From contig NC_081331.1 in the NCBI RefSeq assembly GCF_022539665.2, forward strand, positions 7,192,001 to 7,256,000: a stretch of DNA of 64,000 nucleotides, read 5' to 3'. Both the position numbers and the translations under genes were made by a program. Below, piece by piece: positions 51,479-60,196 of this stretch (positions within the stretch are counted from its first letter, which is position 1; each line of letters opens with the position of its first letter). This DNA is from Daphnia carinata. Taxonomy: Eukaryota. The notes beneath the pieces were generated by a model. The model did no database searches and was not told the DNA's origin. It saw only the letters and a program-made list of their open reading frames with translations.

Positions 51479-52444
51479 CAGTATCCTCCAGAAAAAAGAG
51501 GCACCCCCCTGGTCGCTGAAAATAAAATAATATATTACTAGCGCTAGATGGCATTTAATTTTTGCAACATATAAACAAAAAAAGCATGCGTTTTTTTTTG
51601 TTTGTTTGTTTTGACGGCAAAATTCCAGACGGTTTGCCGATTTCCGATGTTTTTTTGTAATTTTGCTTCGAGCAAAATAAAAAAAACGAAAATTTGAGAA
51701 GTCTGGAGAAAGGCACACATTGTCTGAATCGTAACCTTTTCCCAACCTCACTTTTTTTTCAAAATTTTCCTTTGTCGTATTTCTACCCTCAGGAAATATT
51801 AGGAAAACTTATTGGCTAAAGGCGATTTTAGAATGCAGACAATATTATTTTAGGTTTTTTTCAATGAATCTAAATTAGAATTAAACAGGAGTTTTCCATC
51901 CAATTTAAGTTCAAATCTATCGATTACAAAAAGGCTTCAATTATGAATTGATGATAATGGCTGGTGAACGAAATACTAAATCTTATTTCGTTCGCCAGTT
52001 TTCTTAACTTAAATAATAGTCTTCTTAAAAATTTTCTGTTTAATTCTAATTTAGATTCATTGAAAAAAACCTAAAATAATATTGTCTGCATTCTAAAATC
52101 GCCTTTAGCCAATAAGTTTTCCTAATATTTCCTGAGGGTAGAAATACGACAAAGGAAAATTTTGAAAAAAAAGTGAGGTTGGGAAAAGGTTACGATTCAG
52201 ACAATGTGTGCCTTTCTCCAGACTTCTCAAATTTTCGTTTTTTTTATTTTGCTCGAAGCAAAATTACAAAAAAACATCGGAAATCGGCAAACCGTCTGGA
52301 ATTTTGCCGTCAAAACAAACAAACAAAAAAAACGCATGCTTTTTTTGTTTATATGTTGCAAAAATTAAATGCCATCTAGCGCTAGTAATATATTATTTTA
52401 TTTTCAGCGACCAGGGGGGTGCCTCTTTTTTCTGGAGGATACTG
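51479..52444. mobile_element. Tc1/mariner-type foldback MITE with ~410-bp TIRs
   Basis: Arms 51479-51888 and 52036-52444 are near-perfect inverted copies. Ends are CAGTATCCTCC...GGAGGATACTG, with TA on both sides (51477-51478, 52445-52446). Confidence 0.92.
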
Positions 52445-52787
52445 TACATTATATCTGAACAGATCAACAAAATGTAAAATGCGGATTGAATAAGTTCGTC
52501 CTCATTGCCCATTCCTCCAAATAGGCTGCTGTTCTCTTTCTAATCGGCTAGCAGACAGACTACTTCCCGTGTTGTCCACAAAGAACTCGAGTGTGTACCA
52601 AAACTCAGAACCAATAGCAAAGGTAGATTATTGCTCTTCAAGAATTGTGATCCACGTTCGACGTTTCCATAGTAATATCTTTTTTTACTGGGAGATGCAG
52701 TGTGTTATGTACAATTAACTTATCGAAGGAAAAGCCCTAATCTGTGCTAACTGCTTTTTATTGTGCTAAGCAATAGCCAAAGACAGA

Positions 52788-54350
52788 ATGGATTCTGTTT
52801 ATTTGATGATCCTGAATATTCCGCGAAATTTCCATTCTTCAGATTTAAGAAGCTATTTTTCAGATTTTATTGAGAGTCAAGCGCACTTTACGTGTTTTCA
52901 TTTTCGCCATCGACCGCAGCTCGAATTAATCAATCCTTCGGAAGCCTTCAGTTTTGAGGAAAACAACTTCTACCTTAACAGCACGAGCGGAATTAAAAGT
53001 GCACCTGCATCAAATCTGCTAATCAAAGATTCAGTCTGTTGTATTGTGAAATTATTCAGTAAAGAAGCAAGAACAGAGGCCATAAGGAAATACAACTTGC
53101 AAAATTGGGTTGACAAACATGAGAGATTCTTACCAAGTAGATGTATTGCCATCGCTATAACTGTAGTGGAAGAATATGTGAGAAATTCTCTAGATTCTTC
53201 AATTTGCATAAATGATGGGAAAGTAGAACTTAAGCTATCAAAACAGAAAATTGAACAAATGGTTGAATTAAAACCTCCTCCTCTCATGCCCCGAGGAAAT
53301 GTAGGCACATCTACAAAACATTTTCTGAATCTAATTAACTCATGCCGTCTACCCAGCAATCTTATAGGGAAATTAGGATTAAATTTCCCTAAGACCAAAA
53401 CTCGAAGATATGGCAATGTTCCTTTCAACTATGAAAATCATACATGTGAGAAAATTGAACTACCTGTTTCTTCATTGACGAACTCAACAAACAGCAACAA
53501 TAAAATAAAAATATTTCCTCATGAACCAAATTCCTACTCAGCAAAAAAGTGTACAAACAAAGGAGACACAATGGATGATGATGATGTCGAGCAGGAGTGG
53601 GATAGACACGAAGCTTTGCATGACGATGTGACTGAACAAGAGAGAAACAAAGAAAGACTTTATGAAGAAGAGATGGAAGTTGTGTGGGAAAAAGGAGGGC
53701 CTGGCATCGTTTGGTACACAGACGCACAACGATGGCAAGAAGCTGAAGGAGACTTTGACGAACAGACAGCCGATGACTGGGATGTTGACTATTCTGTTTA
53801 CTTTGAAGAAAATGGTGGTGACAAGGTATGTGCATGTTTTCTTATTTATTTCAAAAGAAATCAAGTTATTTAATTAATTCCGCTTTGTTTTATTGCCCAG
53901 GATGCAAGAGACTGTGCAGAGATGCGTCGGAGTACCATGTGGCGCCAGGGTAATGTAGAAACCGTTTTCAAAAAACCACAAATACTACCACTACGACGAA
54001 AGTCGTTCATGGAACATTCCACGGGAAGAAATGTTGTCGGTCCATTCGAGAAGCATACCAAAGGAATTGGCCGCCGCCTAATGGAAAAGCAAGGATGGCG
54101 TGATGGCTTGGGTTTGGGAGTCGCTCAGAAAGGAATAGCTCAGCCTATTGAAAGCGATGGTCAGAAGCCAAGAGAAAGGAAAGGGTTGGGTTATTTTGGC
54201 GAGCGATTACCACGATTCCGCGTGGCGAATTCAAGTAAAGCTAAGTGTGTTTTTATCGCAACCGCTTATGATAGCCCTGCTGACACAGATCCTCCGGAAT
54301 CTCTTAATAGAAGAAATCAACCGACCACCATGAAATATCGGCATAAATGA
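52788..54350 (+). CDS. GPATCH3: G patch domain-containing protein 3 (2 exons)
   Basis: NIPRNFHSSDLRSYFS..CFHFRHRP; PPPLMPRGNVGT; EWDRHEALHDDVTEQER; WEKGGPGIVWYTDA; G-patch FEKHTKGIGRRLMEKQGWRDGLGLG. Confidence 0.93.
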
Positions 54351-54424
54351 ATACAATTAATTTAATATTATTTTGTTAAATAGACGTTTCAAACTATGAC
54401 AGAACATGTATTCTTGTTTTGTTT

Positions 54425-56071
54425 TCAGTATGGGGCGACAAGCTTCATCAGGCTGAGAGGGTGGTTGCCGCTAGTAAAGCTTAATTCAGCTCGCCCCCTG
54501 TCAGTGCGAGCTTTAGGTTGCTGAAGCCAATTTCGTTCAATGTAATAGTCGATTTGCGAGTGAAATTCTTTTTCATTATAGTTGGGGACCTCGATTGGGA
54601 TAAATGGGTCTAAATGCTCAAAACCCTGCGACGAAAAAATTTATTTGGATAATATTCCAGTATGCAACAATATACAATAAAAAACCTACTTGTTTTCCCA
54701 ATTGGTATCTTGGAAGAGGAGACTCGCGCAGTTCCGACGGATGGGCCGCGGCATCAACAGATACAATGATTGCTCCGTTATTCTAACATTACACAATAAA
54801 AAAATCATTCAATTTTCACTCAATCTTTTACGTTTACCCAATCATTCCTTGTAAGGGAAAGGAATGCATCGGTGAGCGCAAATTCCGTAGGCAAAACAAA
54901 TGATTTGTCTTCTCTTCGTACTCTTGATTTCGGCGAAAAGAAGGCGTTAAATCCATCGATGACAACTAGAACGCGACACCTGCACAGGCCATACTGGTTG
55001 TACTAGCTACGAAGTTGCTTTATCTGGTAATCAAAACGTACCGTTTGCCTACAGCTGCTTTTTTTAGTTCACCCAATAAAGCAGCTACGCAATCTGTTGC
55101 ATATTTTGCCCTGTTCAAACCCAAATCTATCAATTCGCTTAATGAGGAGCCTGCAGCTGTCATTTCTCGCTTGCTCCACGTATAAGTTTCGGTTGTCTGC
55201 AACTGTAACAAGTTAGCAATAAAAAGAACGATACCTTATATCAGCTTCTACCATGTAAGACTAGGAATGTTACGCTGAAAATGTAATTTTACCTGAAGTT
55301 TTTGCATTAGTGGTCCATTCTGTGTGCTAAAATGCCTTAACCATTCTACTGATTCAATTGGATGATCATACTTATTTGGATGAATCGCAGAAGGTGTGCA
55401 ACCTTTAGGGAACCTAACCCAATTAGGAACTGGAAAGAGATGAAATTGCTGGGCTACTATTGCAATTCATTATTTTAAAAATTAATTTTTCGCAATTTAC
55501 TTACCCCACGGTACATGAACCAAGACCATTCCAGCACTGCTGCCATAATGGAGGATATGTGCCAGGGAAACTGATTTTCCTGACCCAGTCTTTCCATCTG
55601 TGTTGCTAAACTAATTAACAGTTACCTGAGCTGTTTTTTATTTTATTTTTTACTTACACAACACAAATCTGGTAACCGGAGCATCAAAGTTGGTTTTGTT
55701 TAAATATGTAATTAGCTCAATTGCAGGCTTCCTAACCATGATGGACAATCCATTTAGGGTGTCACTCAGTTCTTTATACTCCTTTGGTAATCCTCCTCCA
55801 GCAAAAAGTTGCTTTTTGATTGTTTGTGAAATTGAATAGAAATGTCCATCATGATCCTTCTTGTGATTTACCTGCAAAATCAGAGAATTATTTATCAGCT
55901 AAAATTAGAAATACTGTGAGATACTGCATATACACCTAGACTTACTGGATCAAGTTCATTAGTTCGAAATGTATCTGTTATTGTTTCTGTTATTGGCATG
56001 GTATTGGCACTCAATGACGAAAATCTTCGCCAGATCCGAAAAACCTTACCGGTTGGAGAAAAGCGTATCAT
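54425..56071 (-). CDS. DAP3: Mitochondrial ribosomal protein S29 / death-associated protein 3
   Basis: Presequence MIRFSPTGKVFRIWRRFSS; FRTNELDP; P-loop GKTGSGKS; WSKREMT; RVLVVIDGFNAF; YLGKQGFEHLDPFIPIEVPNY. Confidence 0.9.
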
Positions 56072-56619
56072 TTTGCAAAACTAACTTTGTTCCAATAAGG
56101 GCTTACGGCTCTTTTGGTTTAGGAATACGTTTTTTAAAATCCGTTATTGTTAGCCAATTCAACTTTATTTTACTAATATCTCTTGGTATCCACGTTAACA
56201 ACAATAATGTCTATGCCGGTGAATGCAGACGCCAAATTCAGCATGTCATAGTATGGGAGTATAGATTGGCCCCGATTTGCTCTAATCGGGGTACCCGCCC
56301 TGAACAAGGCGATTCGTAGCTCAATCGGGGACCACATCGCCAACCGGGACGATGCGGGATAAAAATCAGGGCTTTTCCCGAAAGCCCCGGCGCCATTTTA
56401 AAACATGGGGGTTGTTACAGTTTCGGGTTAAAAATCGGAGTATACGGTAGACCTGCCGTAATCGCGATTGAAATTTCTATTAAAAATTCTATCGGTGAAT
56501 AAGTCATTTTAAACTAGCCGACATTGGTTTTTTTTCGATTTTTTCGAAGGTTTCGAAAGTTTCGCTTTCGAAGATTTTTCGATTATCGGTGAACGGTGAA
56601 GAGACTCTTTAGCCAAGGG

Positions 56620-57051
56620 CAGGCTTGCTGTACGCTTAAATTTTTAAGCGGGTGCGCCGCACCACTCAAAGAAAATTGAGCGTGATTGGTGAACCGCTCA
56701 ATTGCTAGTTAAGAGGTGCGGCGCTCAAAATTTGCGCTATCGCACATTTTGCCTTCTGCCATCTGCTGTCTGCTATATCTACGACGGTTGCCTAGGGAAC
56801 GATACTTGCTTGTGCATGACTTGTAATTTTTGAAAGAGTCGGCTGCAATAATTTAGAAATAGTTATGATATCGACCGTTAGGTGGCGCTATTTTCCGTGG
56901 TAATGACACTTTTTGAGCGGGGTACTCATCGCACATTTTTTTTTGAGCGTAGCGGTAATCACGCTCAAATGCCGTTAAGCGGTTCGGCCGCTTAAAAATT
57001 TCAGCGGAGCGGAAATTCGCTCAAATTTTGTGCGCGCTCACGGCAAGCCTG
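56620..57051. mobile_element. hAT-type MITE (432 bp)
   Basis: TIR CAGGCTTGCTGT / ACGGCAAGCCTG (11/12 match); degenerate 8-bp TSD GCCAAGGG / GTGAAGGG; repeated CGCTCAAA/TTGAGCG motifs. Confidence 0.65.
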
Positions 57052-57364
57052 GTGAAGGGACCTTTATTTACTTACATGGAACTAAGCTTAGCTAACGATA
57101 TACGAGCTTACCATAGAAAGTAAATTTCTTACCGCTAGGCAATGCCTAAAAACAATCGGAAAAATAATCGCAAAAAAATTTATCGAAAATCAAAATTTTT
57201 CAAAAAATATTATCGCTAAATTTTCAATTTGCGATTATCGAAAGGTACCAATTTTTGGCCGAGAAATAATCGAATGGCAAGTGAGTAGGGTATTTATTTC
57301 TTTTTGCTGAAAATAACTTTCAATTAACAGTACCATCTAGCGGTGATGGTTTAATCATTGCTGT

Positions 57365-58647
57365 TGTAACGAAGCCAATATACGTTTTACTCGATATCCC
57401 CTTTCTATGTATCATTATTAGCCAAATATATTGTCACGGCCATGAATATTGTACCAAGATAGAGACGTCGTGCTTCAGATTAAAAGATAATGTGTATTTC
57501 ACCACAAGGTTCCATAACACAACTGCCAACTAACTGCCCTAACCAATTAATCAAAAAGCCCCCACAGGTGTGCAAAGTCGCTCCTTTTATATCCGGCGAC
57601 GAGGGTGGTGCTCCAAAGGACGGCCATAGCTGGGGCGGGATTTCCATCCTAGCGCTGTTGTCGCTACCGCGGTGACGACTCGAATATTGCCAACGTGACA
57701 ATATTGTCACGGCCATGGATCTTTACCTGTCACGGCCATGGATCTTTACCAAGATAGAGACGTCGTGCTTCAGATTAAAAGATAATGTGTATTTCACCAC
57801 AAGGTTCCATAACACAACTGCAAAACTAACTGCTCTAACCAATTAATCAAAAAGCCCCCACAGGTGTGCCAAGTCGCCCCTTTTATATCCGGCGACGAGG
57901 GTGGTGCTCCAAAGGACGGCCATAACTGGGGCGGGATTTCCATCCTAGCGCTGTTGTCGCTACCGCGGTGACGAATCGAATATTTCCGACGCGACAATAT
58001 ATAAACATATGAATTGCACAATTGCACAACTGCGCTATTACAGTATGGCCCCATAACATACGCAACAGAATGATCTAAATGAACACCTCCTAGCTGACGC
58101 ATCGTATGTCATCGGCATCACGCCGCTTATAGCAACATTTTTTATTGGCGGCTCAGGTAATTGCGCAGCAATTAACCAATTGCACAATGTGTGAGGTTTC
58201 TTGATGAACTCAAGAGCTGAAGAAAGCTAGTTACCGACATGTATCTGACTCTAGCAGTCAAGCTCCAATTCATCTAGTGCCTTCTCTAATTCTTAGTATT
58301 GTGTTACAGAACTGATATGTGTCCTCGTGTTTTAATTGAGTATTCAATTATCCGTGTCTTGTTCTATCGACGTGCCGACGGGTTGTGTTACACCTCGTCT
58401 TCTTCTGTGTCTACTCTCGTGTTCCGCTCGTGCTACTGCGGTAAGCTTATAGTACGATTGTCCTATTACACTTTCGTTTCCCTTTTATCTAGTATAACTT
58501 TCTTATGTCTTTTATTCAAGCTCACTTGTACTTCCATGCTTAACTTAGGCAAATACAATCATCATTGTGAGTACAAACGCCTCTGAGTTCATTATCTCAT
58601 CTTCATCATTATCTCATCTTCGTTAACCCCTTTGTTCCAAGTTTTCA
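57365..58647 (+). mobile_element. Diverged solo-LTR-like copy related to the 59138 LTR, interrupted by two other LTRs
   Basis: Begins TGTAACGAAGCCAATATACG, identical to 59138, and shares collinear blocks ACGTGCCGACG, GCGGTAAGCTTATA and CGCCTCYGAGTTC. The right boundary is approximate and no TSD was found. Confidence 0.7.
57432..57996. mobile_element. Two tandem solo LTRs (57432-57700 and 57705-57996) of a second family
   Basis: Each is about 270 bp with TGTCACG...CG(T/C)GACA ends. ATAT occurs at 57428-57431, 57701-57704 and 57997-58000. Confidence 0.8.
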
Positions 58648-60165
58648 ACCGGTAGATGAAATTCCGCCCTCCATGGCCGTTGGACGCAATACCGATGAAA
58701 ATGGAGAACAGACATTTCAACAATCTCAGATCCGATACGAATCAGTTGATAAGAAGGTTAATCTTTATCGAATGGTAAAGGGCAGCGGTATTCGATCCTT
58801 CGATCCCGCGACGTAGTATTTGTGGAGGGTAATAAACTGGTCCGTTGGTATTTAGACTACAAGGAATTGAATCTTGGCCTTCAAGGGTGACGGAAGAGCT
58901 GTAACGGGTCTGAGATCTAACACGGGTTTGAACGTTGCGAGGCATTAGAGTGGCTGTGTGAAAGAATAGGTTCCCTGGCCTGTCGCTTGTTTGAAATTGG
59001 TTATCTTCAGGAGCGAATTGGTGTATGTCTGTGCTGTTTCCACGAACTAAGCCATTATTTTAACGAAATTAGCATTGGTTTGATCTTTTTATGCCAACTG
59101 TCGCAAATGAAGACAAAAAGGGCTGTCAGATCGCTCATGTAACGAAGCCAATATACGCCTTCAAGTTATATTTTCCTTTCTGTCGTATCTTTAATAATTA
59201 GTAAGTATAAGCATATCAATTGCAAAACCATGTGCGCAGCAAGGGTGACTCAGATGAACACCCTGCTAGCTACATCACCAACATCACGTCACATTAGACA
59301 CATCTCCTGATTGGCTGCACGCATGAGTTCTACAAGCACCTCCAATAATGCCAATTTGCCAATATGCAAAGTTCCATGGTGAACCCGAAAAAAGGGAAAG
59401 ATCAGACAAGAACTTACATCTGAGTGAAGTAGTTGCCTGAAGGTACCCTTGTGTCGCTTACGTTAGTAGTGTAAAGAAGCAAATAAATGTTTTTATTCGA
59501 TATGCCTTCCCGTTTATTCTTTGTATATGACTCATGTGTTACGCCATATAAACTGCGCAGTAGTGTATTATATTACATCGGCACCTTGCCGCTTAGCAAC
59601 ATTTGTGATTGGCTGCTTAGGCGTTGATCTGTATTGCACCATCAACTTAATATATCAAATTTCATTAGTTGCGACATGTAATTGCGCAGTTGTTAATTGC
59701 TGTGCAATATGCGAGGTTCCGTGGTGAACCAAGATCTGAGTAAGTTTAGTTGTCGATGAGCCTCTGACTCTTACAGGCGGAGTTCAAGTTCAGCTAGTGC
59801 TTCCCCATTGATAAATTGGTGCAAGTGAATTGAGCTGTGTCACGTGCTTGTCTGAGTGTTCGGTTCACCCATATTGTTTACCCACGTGCCGACGAACTCC
59901 TGTTAACGCTGCCTTCTCTTATATCCTCGCCCGTGCTCCGCTCAAGCCACCGCGGTAAGCTTATACTACAGTATCATATTACACTCCGACTTCTCTTTCT
60001 TTAGTCTGACTCCTTTTGTACTATCCCAACTGACTTCTGTACCGCTTAGCCCTACTTGGATAAATATAAATCATCGTGTGGGTAAATCGCCTCCGAGTTC
60101 GATTCATTCCAATTTGTCTTAATTCCGTAAAGTACATCTTCTCACAGAGAAGATGCTTTACATAA

Positions 60166-60176
60166 TGGTGGCAGCG
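60166..60176 (+). promoter_or_regulatory. Primer-binding site (probably tRNA-Leu)
   Basis: TGGTGGCAGCG begins 3 nt after the LTR end and is complementary to a tRNA-Leu-type 3' end. Confidence 0.7.
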
Positions 60177-60196
60177 ATTTCTCGGACTCACCCACA

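Noticed and set aside
51440..52477. Duplicate ORFs MRLGKGYDSDNV... on both strands
   Set aside because: A by-product of the MITE inverted arms; not protein-like.
58650..59130. Small minus-strand ORF between the LTRs
   Set aside because: Only 67 aa with no recognisable motif.
57365..60162. 57365 and 59138 LTRs as the two ends of one deleted element
   Set aside because: They are too diverged, no PBS follows the first, and a PBS plus gag follow the second, making it a 5' LTR.
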